Positions 22,284 through 33,876 are shown, numbered from the stretch's first letter. The stretch: 64,000 bases of DNA from an uncultured Actinomycetes bacterium (GCA_963713185.1 CAVQKV010000004.1:248416-312415), one strand, 5' to 3'. Program-made: numbers and translations. The notes: generated by a model not told the origin, from the letters alone.

Positions 22284-22526
22284 TCAGCCCGTATAGCCCT
22301 CCACCTCGTCCGGAGCCCGGACCCGCGCCTCGTCGGGGTCCATCCCGGCCGCCCGTCGCGCACGCCGCTGGTGCAGGAGGTCCCAGCACTGGTCGAGGGT
22401 CACCTCGAGCTCCTTCATGCGCTGGCGGTCCGCCTCGCTCGCCTCGCCGCGGGACTCGGCCTCCCACAGCGCGTGCTCCTGGTGGGCGAGCTCGTTGATC
22501 CGTTCGACGAGCTGCTGGTCATCCAT
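22284..22526 (-). CDS. DUF2630 family protein
   Basis: LEVTLDQCWDLLHQRRARR...VEGY signature. Confidence 0.88.
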   Translation of the reverse strand: MDDQQLVERINELAHQEHALWEAESRGEASEADRQRMKELEVTLDQCWDLLHQRRARRAAGMDPDEARVRAPDEVEGYTG

Positions 22527-22610
22527 CGTCCCCTCCGGTTCGACGGTCTTCGACCACGATACGTCGCGGGGCGATGGGCGGCCGCGCGGCTCCTCGGCGA
22601 TGATGTCGGG

Positions 22611-23996
22611 ATGTCGAACCTCAGGGAACTCCTGTCCGCGACAACCGAGCGGGTCGCCCGTTACCGCGAGGCCGTCCCCGAGCACCCGGTCGCACGCCGG
22701 GTGGACGTCGAGCGCTTCCGCGAGACGTTCGCCGGCCCGTTCCCCGCCGAGGGCGGCGGCGCGGAGACCGCGATCGAGGAGCTCGCGACCGCGGTCGAAC
22801 CCGTGCTGACCGCATCGGCGGGGCCCCGGTACTTCGGCTTCGTGGTCGGGGGAGCGCTCGACGCCGCTACGTGCGCCGACATCCTCACGACGGGGTGGGA
22901 CCAGGTCGGGTTCAACGCCGTGATGTCGCCGGCGGCCGCGCTGGTCGAGGAGGTCGCCGGCGCGTGGCTGAAGGAGGCGCTCGGCCTGCCGCCGGGCGCG
23001 TCGTTCGGCATCGTGACGGGCGCCCAGGGCGCGAACACCGTGGGGCTCGCGGCGGCGCGGCATCGGGTGCTCGAGCGCGCGGGATGGGACGTCGAGCGCG
23101 ACGGCCTCACCGGCGCGCCGAGGCTGCGCGTGGTGGCGGGGGAAGAGCGTCACGCGACGATCGACCGCTCCCTGCGGCTGCTCGGGATCGGCGCGGGCTC
23201 GGTCGAGGCCGTACCGAGTCGGCCCAACGGCGCCATCGACCCCGATGCCCTCGTGGCGGCGATCGAGGCCGGCTCCGGGACACCCACCATCGTGTGCGTG
23301 CAAGCCGGGAACGTGAACACCGGGGCGTTCGACGACCTCGCGTTGGCGTGCGGGGCGGCGCACCGGCACGGGGCGTGGGTGCACGTCGACGGCGCGTTCG
23401 GCCTGTGGGCCGCGGCGAGCCCGGCGTTCGAGCACCTCGTCGCCGGCGGGCAGGGCGCCGACTCCTGGACGGTCGACGGGCACAAGTGGCTGAACCTGCC
23501 GTACGACACGGGCTTCGCGTTCTGCGCGGATCCGCAGGCCCACGCGGCGTCGATGTCGTACACGGCGGCGTACCTCGTCGGCCAGGGCGAGGGGTCGGTC
23601 CGGGCGCCCTCCGACTTCGTGCCCGAGTCCTCCCGGCGGGCGAGGGGGTTCGTGACCTGGGCCGCGTTGCGCGAGCTCGGGCGGGACGGGCTCGCCGAGC
23701 TCGTCGACCGCTGCTGCGCGCTCGCTCGGCGCTTCGCCGAACAGCTGGAGGCGACCGAGGGCGCCACGATCGCCAACGACGTCGTCCTGAACCAGGTGCT
23801 CGTCGGGTTCGGCAGCGACGAGCGGACCGACCGGGTCATCGACGGCGTCCAACGCAACGGCGTTTGCTGGATGGGTGGTACGACCTGGCACGGCCGCCGC
23901 CTGATGCGCATCTCGGTCTCCAACTGGACGACGACGGAGGCCGACGTGGACCGCTCGGTCGGGTCGATCCGGCGCGTGCTGGCCGCCGAGACGTAG
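22611..23996 (+). CDS. PLP-dependent group II amino-acid decarboxylase
   Basis: PRYFGFVVGG, WVHVDGAFGLW, DGHKWLNLPY. Confidence 0.9.
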   Translation: MSNLRELLSATTERVARYREAVPEHPVARRVDVERFRETFAGPFPAEGGGAETAIEELATAVEPVLTASAGPRYFGFVVGGALDAATCADILTTGWDQVGFNAVMSPAAALVEEVAGAWLKEALGLPPGASFGIVTGAQGANTVGLAAARHRVLERAGWDVERDGLTGAPRLRVVAGEERHATIDRSLRLLGIGAGSVEAVPSRPNGAIDPDALVAAIEAGSGTPTIVCVQAGNVNTGAFDDLALACGAAHRHGAWVHVDGAFGLWAAASPAFEHLVAGGQGADSWTVDGHKWLNLPYDTGFAFCADPQAHAASMSYTAAYLVGQGEGSVRAPSDFVPESSRRARGFVTWAALRELGRDGLAELVDRCCALARRFAEQLEATEGATIANDVVLNQVLVGFGSDERTDRVIDGVQRNGVCWMGGTTWHGRRLMRISVSNWTTTEADVDRSVGSIRRVLAAET

Positions 23997-24003
23997 CGGT
24001 CGC

Positions 24004-24842
24004 GTGATCCTGGTCACCGGAGCGGGCAAGGTCGGGCGGCACGTCGTATCGCGGCTGCACGGGTCCGGCGCGCCGGTGCGGGTCCTCACCCGTCATCCGG
24101 CCCTGGCGGACGTCCCCGGCGGGGTCGAGGTGGTCGGCGGGGACCTGTCGCATGCGGACAGCCTCGCGCCCTGCCTCGACGGGGTCGAGGCCGTGTTCCT
24201 GATCTGGCCGCAACCGACGGCGACCGGTCCGCTCGCGGCCGTCGAGGTCATCGCCCGGTACGTCGGACGCGTCGCCTACCTGTCGTCGTCGACCGTGCGC
24301 GACGACCTCGCGGTGCAGAGCCACCCGATGACCGCGATCCACGCGGACATCGAGCACGCGATCGAACGTTCGGGCGCCGACTGGACCTTCCTGCGGGTGG
24401 GGAAGATCGCGACCAACACCCTGTTCTGGTCGACGCAGATCGCCGAGGGGGTCGTGCGGCTGCCGTTCCCGGACGCGGGGCGCTCGCCGGTCGTCGAGTC
24501 GGACATCGGCGCGGTCGCCGCCCGAACGTTGCTGGACGAAGGTCACGTGGGCGCGAAGCACATCCTGTCCGGCCCGGAGCCGCTGACCGAGGGCGACCTC
24601 GTCCGCATCATCGGCGAGGTGATTGGGCGACCGATCCGCGTCGAGCGGATCCCCCCGAGGTAGCTCGAGCCGAGCTCGTCCGGAACGGCGAGTCCCCGGA
24701 GGTCGCGGAAGCGGCGCTCGCTTTGTGGGAGCGGCTGGTCACCGAGCCCGAGCCGGTCACCCCGACGGTCGAGGAGATCACTGGCGCGCCCGGTCGGACG
24801 TTCCGTGACTGGGCGGTCGAGCACGCGTCGGCCTTCGGGTAA
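24004..24842 (+). CDS. NmrA-like NAD(P)H-binding protein (frameshift in C-run near 24655)
   Basis: ILVTGAGKVG; shifted frame continues ...VEEITGAPGRTFRDWAVEHASAFG*. Confidence 0.82.
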
Positions 24843-24875
24843 GGGCGTGGCACGCGATCGCCTCGGCCCCGTGGA

Positions 24876-25634
24876 TCAGGCGCCTTTGCGTCCCACCACC
24901 GCCCGGAGCCCCTCCGGCAGGACCTCGGTGCCGAACGACGGCGCGACCGTCGCGCGCACGCCGTGCCGTTCGAGCAGTTCGGGGACGCGCACGGTCTCGA
25001 GCAGCACGTTCTCGTGTCGCTCGTCGTCCCGTCGCCACGAGCCGTCCTCGTTGCGCGAGAAGATCGCCATGTCGCGGACGAACCGGTCCGGAGCCGGCAC
25101 CGTGCGCCGGGTGACGAGCGCCCACTCGTCCGTCACCCACCCGGCGGGCTCGAGGTCCCGCCGAACCTCCCCGTACTCCAGGTCGCAGAGGTCGATGGCG
25201 AGCAACCCACCGGGTCGGAGCGCCTCTGCGATCGCGATCAGCGCCGTATCGATCGCGGGGGCATCCGGGAGGTAGTTGAGCACGTGTCCGACGGAGACGA
25301 TCGCGTCGGCGTCGGGGATCGGATCGTCGGGCAGCGCGAGCCGGCGGATCTCCAGCGCGTCGGCGACGTACCCGCGTGCCACGTCGAGCATCGCGGGAGA
25401 CGCATCGGTCGCGATCACCCGGTGGCCGGCGTCGAGGAGGTACCGCGTGAGCAGACCGCTGCCGCAGCCGAGCTCGACGACCAGGCCGTCGCGTTGGCGC
25501 ACCGGCTCGAGGAGCCTCAGGACGCCCGGCGCGCAGTCGTCGGCGTGGAAGCCGAACCCGAGGTGGTGGATCAGCGCGAGGTCGGGTCGGTAGTAGGGCT
25601 CGTGCGGAGGGTCCACCCCGCCATCCTCACGCAC
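24876..25634 (-). CDS. Class I SAM-dependent methyltransferase
   Basis: VVELGCGSG, DASPAML, LRPGG; start approximate. Confidence 0.85.
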   Translation of the reverse strand: MREDGGVDPPHEPYYRPDLALIHHLGFGFHADDCAPGVLRLLEPVRQRDGLVVELGCGSGLLTRYLLDAGHRVIATDASPAMLDVARGYVADALEIRRLALPDDPIPDADAIVSVGHVLNYLPDAPAIDTALIAIAEALRPGGLLAIDLCDLEYGEVRRDLEPAGWVTDEWALVTRRTVPAPDRFVRDMAIFSRNEDGSWRRDDERHENVLLETVRVPELLERHGVRATVAPSFGTEVLPEGLRAVVGRKGA

Positions 25635-25681
25635 CGCCGCGCCCGTGTCATCGCCACCGTCGGACCTGGCACGATGCCACG

Positions 25682-26194
25682 ATGCGGAGGACGAACGCCG
25701 CGATCGGCAGCGCGGTCTTCTTCGTGCTCGCCCCCGGGGTCGTGGCGGGCGCGATCCCCTGGTGGTTGACGGGATGGGAGGTTCGGTGGTCCTGGCCTGC
25801 GCCGGTCCGCGTCGCCGGCGCGGCGTTCGTCGCGGTCGGTGTGGTCGTGCTTGTGCAGGCGTTCGGGCGGTTCGTCCGGGAAGGGCTCGGGACGCCTGCG
25901 CCGGTCGCGCCGACCGAGACCCTGGTCGTCGGCGGCCTCTACCGGTACGTCCGCAACCCCATGTACCTCGCGGTGCTGGCGACGATCGTGGGCCAGGGCC
26001 TGCTGCTCGGTCAGGCCGTCCTGTTCGGGTACGCGGTCGTGGTCTGGGTGGCGTTCGCGTCGTTCGTGCGCCTCTACGAGGAGCCGCACCTCAGCCAGCG
26101 CTTCGGGGCGAGCTACCAGGTGTATCGCGCGGCGGTCCCGGCATGGGTCCCTCGCCCTCGTCCGTGGACGGCCACGGACGAGGGCGTCCGGTAG
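25682..26194 (+). CDS. Isoprenylcysteine carboxylmethyltransferase family membrane protein
   Basis: GLYRYVRNPMY, EEPHL...FGASY. Confidence 0.87.
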   Translation: MRRTNAAIGSAVFFVLAPGVVAGAIPWWLTGWEVRWSWPAPVRVAGAAFVAVGVVVLVQAFGRFVREGLGTPAPVAPTETLVVGGLYRYVRNPMYLAVLATIVGQGLLLGQAVLFGYAVVVWVAFASFVRLYEEPHLSQRFGASYQVYRAAVPAWVPRPRPWTATDEGVR

Positions 26195-26205
26195 GGTTCG
26201 GCGCC

Positions 26206-27682
26206 ATGGCCGACCCGCGCGTGGTGCGCACCGACCTCGTCGACGGGGTCGCCTACCCGCCCGCGCGCACCGGCCTGCGCGGGAGTCACCCGGGCTCGTA
26301 CGACACCGCCCACTCGATCCGCGACGGCGAGCGGTTCGAGATCGACGACCTGCCGGTGGAGGAGGCCGTCGACGCGGTGGTCGTGGGCGCGGGGATGAGC
26401 GGGCTCGCGGCGGCGTGGTTCTACCGCGAGCTCCGGCCGGATGACCGCCTCCTGATCCTCGACAACCACGACGATTTCGGCGGCCTCGACCGGGAGCTGT
26501 ACCCGTCGCTCGGCCTCTCGCGCGGCGTCTTCTTCACGCGCGAGGCGTTCGGCGAGGACCGCCTGGTGACCGGCGACCCGATGCGGATGGTGGCCGACGA
26601 CATCGCGCCCGATCGCATGAACGAGCGCCCTGTGGAAGGGTTCATCGGCGAATTCCCCGTGTCCGAAGACTCGAAGGCCCGGCTCATCGAGCTGTTCACC
26701 TCGGACCGCGACGCGCTTGAGGGGATGTCCGCGGACGAGAAGGTCGCCCTGCTGCGGAGGACGAGCTACCGCGACTTCGTCGTGAAGTACTGGGCCTGCC
26801 CGACGAGGCCGCCGACACGTTCCAGCGGCGCTCGTGCGACTTCTTCGCGCGGGAGACGGACTCGGTCTCGGCGCTCGAGCTGATGGAAACCGGCTACCCG
26901 GGGTTCTCCGGGATGGAGCTGCCGATCGGCGAGGAGGCGGCCGCCTAGATGGAGGAGCCATACATCTTCCACTTCCCCGACGGGAACGCGTCCCTCGCCC
27001 GGCTGATCGTCCGCTCGCTGATCCCCGGCGTTGCGCCGGGCACCACGATGGCGGACGTCGTGACCGCGCGCTTCGACTACGGCAGGCTCGACGAGCCCGG
27101 CGCGCCTATCCGCCTGCGGCTCCGCAGCACGGTCGTCCACGTGCGGAACGCCGACGGCGGTGTCGACCTCAGGTACGTGCGCGACGGGGCGGTGCATCGC
27201 ATCCGCGCCGGACGCTGCGTCCTCGCCGGCTACCACATGATGATCCCGGCGATCATGCCCGAGCTCCCCGACGAGCAACGCGTGGCGCTGTGGCAGAACG
27301 TGAAGGCCCCGCTCTGCGACGTGAAGGTCGCTCGCGCGCGACTGGAACCCGTGGGTCCGCCTGGGCGTGCACGAGATCACGAACCCGATGGGCTTCTTTT
27401 CGAGGATCACGCTCGAGGCTACCCGGTCAGCATCGCGCGACTGCCGGTTCCCGGTTCGCCCGACGAGCCGACGGTGCTCCACCTCGTGTACGTCTCTCTA
27501 CGGTGCAGAACCGCGGTCCTCGACACGCCCGCACAACGTCCCGGCAGGCGCGGCGGCGCTGTGCGAGATGACGTACCGAGGAACTTCGAGGCCGCGGGTG
27601 CGCGACGAGCTTCGCCGGAACCTCGCCCGCCCGGGAGGCTTCCAGCGGCCCGCGACACGTGGCCATCACCGTGAACCAGTAG
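26206..27682 (+). pseudogene. Spermidine-dehydrogenase-like FAD oxidoreductase, degraded
   Basis: YPPARTGLRGSHPGS, VVGAGMSGL, LDNHDDFGG, HFPDGNAS; apparent internal deletion, in-frame TAG at 26946, frameshifts, truncated C-terminus. Confidence 0.75.
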
Positions 27683-27735
27683 GGGCCGGCTGCTCGTGCA
27701 CGGGCGAGCGAGGCCGCTTCCGAGGAGGTCACCCG

Positions 27736-28813
27736 ATGATGAGCCAGGAGGACCTCGACGAACGGGTCCGCTCCGCCATGGGCCGCAGGGTCCCGGGAGT
27801 GGCGTTGGTCGTCGTCGGACGTGATGGCGCCCGTGCCCGGTCGGCGGTCGGGCGCGCGGATCTCGTCTCCGGGACGCCGATCGCGACCGACATGGTCATC
27901 CCGTGGTTCTCGATGACCAAGATCGCCACCGCGACCACGGTGCTCAGGCTCGTGGAGCGCGGGACGTTCTCGCTCGACGCTCCCGCGTTGCCGTTGGTCC
28001 CGGCGATGCGATCCCTGCGGCCACAGGAGTGGGCCGAACGGATCACCATGAGGCATCTGCTCCAACATGCAGGTGGCCTCGTCAACCCGATCCCCGTCGG
28101 CTGGATCCATCCCGCGGAGGAGCCCGGACCCGACCCCGACGCGTTCCTCGAAGGGTTGCTGACGAAGCATGCGAAGCTCCGGTTCGAGCCCGGCAGCCGC
28201 TCGAGCTACTCGAACCTCAGCACGCTGATCCTCGGGTCGGCGATCGCGCGGACCACGGAAAAGCGCTACGAGGAGGTCGCCAGCCAGGAGGTGCTCGAAC
28301 CCCTCGGGATGTCGTCGTCGGGGTTCACCTTCGCCCCCGGCGTCCCCGCGGCGACGGGGTACCACCCGCGTCGGAGCCCGATGCGCGTGTTCCTCCCCCG
28401 ATGGGTCACGGGGCAGGCCGTCGGTCGCTGGGTGGGGTTCCGGCGGTTCCTGCTCGACGGCGCCGCCTACGGGGGTCTGCTCGGGACCGCGGAGGACGCG
28501 GCGCGGTTCCTGCGGATGCACCTCGGCGACGGTGAGCTCGACGGGGGAGCGCGTGATCTCCTCGGCTTCGGCGAGCGAGATGCGGTCGACTCGGGGTCGC
28601 CGGTTCGATCTCGGACTGGGATGGTTCGTCCCGGCCAACCAGCGGGACGCCGACCCTCCGTTCGTCGAGCACCTCGGCGGGGGAGCGGGGTTCTTCAACG
28701 TGATGCGGATGTATCCGACGCTCGGCGTCGGCGCCGTCGTGATGGGCAACTCCACCAAGTACGACATCGACGCGATCGCGCGGCTCGCGCGTGAGTTCCC
28801 GGGCACGGCATGA
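27736..28813 (+). CDS. Serine hydrolase, beta-lactamase family (frameshift near 28548)
   Basis: SMTK (SxxK), LLQHAGG, YSN, HLGG. Confidence 0.85.
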
Positions 28814-28930
28814 GTTGGGGGCGGCGCACCGCCGCTCCAAGCCAGAGGTTGACGTGAAGGCGCAGCGATCAGCCGACGCGTTCCGAAGGCGCCTGAGCGA
28901 CGGCCGTCGTCAGCCCCGCACGACTCGGGA

Positions 28931-29278
28931 TCAGCTCCTCGCCTTCGCCCGTGCCTTGACGATCGCCCGGATGGCGAACAGGCCGACGATCGCGACCACC
29001 TGGGCGCCGAGGATGATCCGGTTGAGATCGATGGCGGGTTGCCACGTCATCTCGTCGCCTCGGATAAGGAACGCCCCGACCGGGCGGGCGCTCACCCCGA
29101 ACCCGCTCCCCGAGCCCTTCCCCTCGCCGCCGGGGCCCTGCCCGTCTCCTCCGCCGGCTCCGCCCTGAACCCGGGCGGCCGGGATCACCGTGATCCCGTT
29201 CTTCTCGTACGGGTCGCCGAACACCCGCTTCACGGTGATCGCGTCCCGCGCCTGCGCGATGACGTCCTGAACCTCCAT
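28931..29278 (-). CDS. GerW/YtfJ family protein
   Basis: KRVFGDPYEKNGITVIPAARV...GSGFG...RPVG. Confidence 0.8.
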   Translation of the reverse strand: MEVQDVIAQARDAITVKRVFGDPYEKNGITVIPAARVQGGAGGGDGQGPGGEGKGSGSGFGVSARPVGAFLIRGDEMTWQPAIDLNRIILGAQVVAIVGLFAIRAIVKARAKARS

Positions 29279-29402
29279 GGGGCCCTCCTTCCGCTCTCCT
29301 CCATGATGCCCACGCTGAGCAGAGTTCACTCCTCCGACCACCCGGGCGACGGCGCCGGATGGCACCCTGCTCACCGGCCGTCCGGCCGACGGCGCGCCCT
29401 GC

Positions 29403-31034
29403 CTACGTCCTGATCTCCACGTTCGTCCAGACGTTCGAGTCGCCCGCCGGCTTCGGGGGTGAGTCGCGACCGTCGGTCCAGACGGGCAGGATGAGCTCGT
29501 CGGAGACGGAGATCTGGTTGTAGTCCCCGATGAAGCAGCCGCACGTGAAGAACGACTTCCTGGCGTCGAACGACGCCGTCGAGATCAGGTCGTTGCTCCA
29601 GGTCAGCTCCTCCGTCCGTGGATCCGCCCTGGAAGGTCGAGATCAGATGGTTCGCCTGGTCGAGCCGGGTGTCCTGCCAGATGGCGAACCACTCGCCGTT
29701 CGAGTCGATGCCGATCGCCGGGAAGAACTGGTCGCCTCGAGCGGCCTCTCCGTCCGATCCGATGCTGATGGTCGTCGGCGAGGTCCACGTCGTCCCGAAG
29801 TCGTCGGAGGTCTGGAGCGAGATGTCCGCGCCCGAGACGGTGCGATCGATGTTGTTCTGATAGACAGCGCCAGCCGTCCGCGCGTCGCGTCGTACGCGAA
29901 CGAGAGCGTGTTCGGGAACCGAACGTCGCCCTTGCCGGGTAGGTTGTCGTTGGCGTTCGGGTTGTCGGCGAACCATCCCGGCTGGTCGACGCGCACGACC
30001 GGACCGAAGGACGCCCCGCCATCCGTGGATCGCGCGAAGAACAACGCGTGATCGATGCTCGTGTTGCAGTCCTCCTGGACGAACGCCACGTCGAGCCCAC
30101 CCCGGTCGTCTACGACGGGCGTCGAGAACTGGTTCGCCGAGGCTCCCACCCCTTTCGCGCCTGGCGCATCGGGGACGATCGCCGTCCGCGTCCACACCGA
30201 GGTCGACGGATCTGCGGTCGGGATCGAGTCGGTGTAGGCCGCCTGGACGGGACAGTAGTCGCTCCGCGCGTACGAGCCGCCGGTCATGTGGAACTTGGTC
30301 CAGGTGACGTAGATCCGTCCGAAATGCGGGCTCGACGGCGTGTTGTCGACCGCCATCAGCTCCTTGTCGTTGAAGATCGAGGCGTCGATCGATCCGTCGG
30401 AGGCGCGGTTCGTCACCACGAGCCCGGGATCGAGCGACGAGCTCCAGGTCTTGCCGCCGTCAACGGACTTCCACACCTGCACCTCGGAAGCCGGCGTGGT
30501 CACGAAGTAGCAGAGCGTGGAGAGGTAGAACGCGTGATCGCGCAGGCTGTAGGCGACCGACGGGTCGGACGCGAAGCAGCGGCTCCCGTCGAACGAGAAC
30601 TTCGGGTCCTTCCACTGACTGGTCCACGTCTGCCCGCCGTCGGTCGTGTACCCGATCCAGAATCCATCGCCCGTGTAGTCGTTGGACGCGGCCACGGCGT
30701 TCATCGGGTCATCGAGGCTCGCGGCGATCGAGGGCTCATCCTGGGGCAGGGGCGGACTGCTGTCGCCGTTCATCTGGACGTTGTCGAGCGCGGGGACCGC
30801 GAGCGCGTGCCTCGGCGACGTCGGCTTGGTGGAGACGACGATGTCGCCGTTCGCCTGCGCGAGGCGTTCCCGGACGCCGTTGGAGATGCCGCCGTCCCAG
30901 TGCTTGACGTGCTTGATCCAAGCCGGAACCTTGTCCGCCGAGGCGCCGGATGCGCCGACGCCGGCGAGGAACGCGGCACTCACCAGCAACACGGCCGCGA
31001 TGCGACCGATCCGGAGTCGAGGAACAGGGGCCAT
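29403..31034 (-). CDS. Secreted sialidase-like BNR/Asp-box protein (frameshifted)
   Basis: Signal peptide; repeated S/T-x-DGG-x-TW boxes; C-terminal FIGDYN. Confidence 0.8.
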
Positions 31035-31224
31035 GGCCTTCCCTCCTCTGGACGCGTCAGACATCCATGAAGCCGCGCTGCAGGCTCCGTTGTCAAGGCA
31101 CGGTCCCCGCCCGACCCGCTGATGCAGGTCCGAACGACCCAAGCGCCACCTCTCGCACGTCGTCACCTTGGGCAGGGGAGATGTCCTCACTCGTTTCGCG
31201 AGTCCGAGGCGGAGGAGAGGCAAC

Positions 31225-31731
31225 ATGAACATCGAGTACATCCACGCATCGAGGTACGGCAACGGAGCAAGGGTGGCCCAGGCCTTCAAGGACGACATGG
31301 CCTCCAGCGGCATCGTGGTCGCCGTCCACCACATCCGGGACGTGAGAGCCACGGAGCTTTCCCCGGCCGACCTGTACGTGTTCAGTTCCCCCGGGCGCAT
31401 GGGGAAGCCGATCCGTGGCATGCGCCGATTCCTCAAGGACCTCCGGCTCCCCACGGGCACGCGGTACGGGATCCTGACGACCGAGATGGCGCCGCAGCCG
31501 GACAAGAAGACCGGGCGGATGCCCTCGGAAGAGGAGATCTGCCGGTTCCAGCGGGTCCGCCCGATCATGAACGAGCTCCTGCAGGGCAAGGGCCTGATCG
31601 AGGTGGACGAGGACAAGGTCTTCGTGACCGGGATCCGGGGTCCTCTGGAGGAGGGCTGGCGGGAGAAGGTTGGAGGCTTCGCCGCGCGGATCCGTGACGC
31701 TGAGGCAGCCTCGAGTCGCAGAGCGTCGTAG
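31225..31731 (+). CDS. Flavodoxin-like protein
   Basis: SRYGNGARVA, DLYVFSSPGRMG, GPLEEG; GGAG RBS. Confidence 0.72.
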   Translation: MNIEYIHASRYGNGARVAQAFKDDMASSGIVVAVHHIRDVRATELSPADLYVFSSPGRMGKPIRGMRRFLKDLRLPTGTRYGILTTEMAPQPDKKTGRMPSEEEICRFQRVRPIMNELLQGKGLIEVDEDKVFVTGIRGPLEEGWREKVGGFAARIRDAEAASSRRAS

Positions 31732-31911
31732 GCGAGGGCCGCCGCGGTCGATTGCGGTTCAGGGGAAGACGGACCGCGCTGGTCTGGGACCACTTCGGTG
31801 CCCACGATGGACTCCTCGCCCATGAGCGACACGTCGCGTCGGTGACCCCGATCACCGGCTGTGCACCCCGTCATGTGCGAGAAACGTCACCACGGGATGT
31901 GGAGGCGGACC

Positions 31912-32067
31912 ATGCAGCAGATCAGGATCGGGCAGAAGGCTCCGTTCCATGAGCGACGCGATCGCTACGCCGTGCTGCCGCTCGATCCGCGCGACCCGGA
32001 CATCCTGCGGGCGAAGCAGCTCCTGCGCCGCGAGACGCCGAGCCGTCCCGATGGGATCAAACGCTGA
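31912..32067 (+). CDS. Small hypothetical protein (PLDPRDPDILRAK motif)
   Basis: GGAGG RBS then ATG; 51 aa; motif recalled from actinobacterial small proteins. Confidence 0.5.
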   Translation: MQQIRIGQKAPFHERRDRYAVLPLDPRDPDILRAKQLLRRETPSRPDGIKR

Positions 32068-32231
32068 GCGTTCCCGTTGAGCTTGGCAGCGCCTGCTCCA
32101 CTCCTCTGGCTGGTCCCGTCGCGTTCAAGAGAGATGAGCGCGATGCGGCCCAGCTTCCAGGACCGGATCACCCGACAACCTCAGGGGCGAGGGGTCACGC
32201 GGCGAGGTCCCGAACACCGTGCAGTGGCAAC

Positions 32232-32544
32232 GGCGGGGATACGATCTCGGCTGCGGCGCCGGCATCGCGCTCGGCTAAGCCACCTGCGGCGAGGTCGGCT
32301 TCGACGGCCGCTCCGACTACGCGGCGATCGGCGGTGACGAATCTCGCATCTCGGCTCGCGGACGAGGCGGCCGCCGGCCAGATCCTGATCACGCGGCGTC
32401 TCTATGCAGAGGTCGACGATGCCGTCGAGGTGGAGCCGATCGGGCGAGTTCAACCTCCGGGGGTTCCAGCGATCGGTCGCTGCCTTCAACGTCATCGCCG
32501 TCCGCGAGCCGGCGGACGAGCTGTCTCGGCTGCTGGAACGGTGA
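32232..32544 (+). pseudogene. Class III adenylate/guanylate cyclase C-terminal remnant
   Basis: GIALG*ATCGEVGFDGRSDYAAIG..VTNLASRL..A..GQILI; TAA at 32276, frameshifts, no N-terminus. Confidence 0.75.
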
Positions 32545-32720
32545 CCGCCTTCCCTTCGTGACCGATCGTCCCAGAAGACCACTGGCCAACTCCAACGCGT
32601 GGTACCGCCTTGCTGGGCTGACCTCGCGTTGCGCAAGGAGTGGCCCCAGGGGGGCAGGGCTTTCAGCACTGTCCCCCTCGGATGCCGAGCCTAGGTTGGG
32701 CATGGGAGGAGGTGAACACG

Positions 32721-33215
32721 ATGAAGCTGGCGGTGTATGAGGAGATCGGAGAGTTGGAGCGTCGCATGGATGACCTGATGCGATCGTTCCTCGGGCCGAG
32801 GGCCCGGTTCACGCGTCCGGTCCTCCCGCTGTTCCTCCACAAGCCCTTCGTGCCGACCACCGATGTCTTCGTCCGCGACGAGGCCCTCGTGATCCGCGTC
32901 GAGCTTCCGGGCATCGATCCGGGGACCGACGTCGCGGTGAGCGTCGAAGACGGGTACGTCGTGATCCGCGGCGAGCGGAAGCAGGAGGAGGAGCTGAAGG
33001 AGGAGGCCTACTACCGGCTGGAGACCGCCTACGGGACCTTCGAGCGGTTCGTCCCGCTCCCCGAGGGGTTCGAGGAGGCCGAGATCGAGGCCGGGTACGA
33101 GGACGGCGTGCTGGAGGTGATCGTGCCTGCGGCAGCCAAGGCGCTGGAGCCTCCGAAGCCGAGGACCATCCCGATCAAGACCGCCCTGCCGGTCAAGGCC
33201 GCGAAGGTCGCCTGA
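32721..33215 (+). CDS. Hsp20/alpha-crystallin small heat-shock protein
   Basis: ELPGID, IRGER, YGTFER..PLP, AGYEDGVLEV; strong RBS. Confidence 0.92.
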   Translation: MKLAVYEEIGELERRMDDLMRSFLGPRARFTRPVLPLFLHKPFVPTTDVFVRDEALVIRVELPGIDPGTDVAVSVEDGYVVIRGERKQEEELKEEAYYRLETAYGTFERFVPLPEGFEEAEIEAGYEDGVLEVIVPAAAKALEPPKPRTIPIKTALPVKAAKVA

Positions 33216-33316
33216 GGAAGCAGCGGCGCTCTTGCGCTCGCCCATCTCTCCGGAGGGCCACGGGAGAGGAACGTCCCGTGGCCTTCGCGGTTCACTCGGA
33301 CGCGTCCGAGAAGCGA

Positions 33317-33667
33317 TCAGCAGGTGACGTGCAAGATCGCGTTCGTGTTCTTGGGCTCGGCCCGCAGCGCCCGGATTGCCTCACGGGTCGGGACGGTCAC
33401 CAGCGTCACTCCTCGCCGATCGGCCTCGGCCTTGACCTCGTGCATCACGGGAAGGGCACCGTCCGCCCCGGTGCCCACCACAAGGCGCCGGCACCCCCAG
33501 GGGATGTCCTCCTCGATCGATAGGGGGGTGTGGCCGAAGGCATCGCGGAAGGGCCTCGATGCCTTCTTCTTCCGCTTGCGGACCCGTTCGCCAGCGATCA
33601 CGACATCGTGCTCGTACACCACGCCGTCGATGCGGATCGAGCCGAAGGTGAACCGATCGATGTGCAT
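33317..33667 (-). CDS. Mth938-like (DUF498) protein
   Basis: FGSIRIDG..YEHDVVI, LVVGTGADG, terminal HVTC. Confidence 0.82.
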   Translation of the reverse strand: MHIDRFTFGSIRIDGVVYEHDVVIAGERVRKRKKKASRPFRDAFGHTPLSIEEDIPWGCRRLVVGTGADGALPVMHEVKAEADRRGVTLVTVPTREAIRALRAEPKNTNAILHVTC

Positions 33668-33876
33668 GGCCTCGCAGACAGGGTACGTCGAGGCCGGATC
33701 GTCGGGCCAGTTCTCCATCGGGAGGAAGAGGTGCCGCGGGCGCGGCAAGGCCGACGCCAGCCTCGAGGACCCTAGGCTCGGCCTGGACGTGAGGGCGGCG
33801 CGGGGAGTGGTGCCGGACCCGAACGCCAGCTCCGCCACGGCCGAACTCCCGCGAAAGCCGCTTGTACGCTGAGTCG

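Noticed and set aside
26946-26948. TAG readthrough or pyrrolysine in the SpdH-like gene
   Set aside because: The gene has other lesions, no pyl genes are present, and TAG is a normal stop for many genes here.
32640-32680. DosR-like box upstream of hsp20
   Set aside because: AGGGCTTTCAGCACT is too degenerate to support without a genome-specific motif.
33670-33860. Integrase N-terminal remnant
   Set aside because: A basic stretch (GRKRCRGRGKADA) only; no catalytic R-H-R-Y motifs visible.
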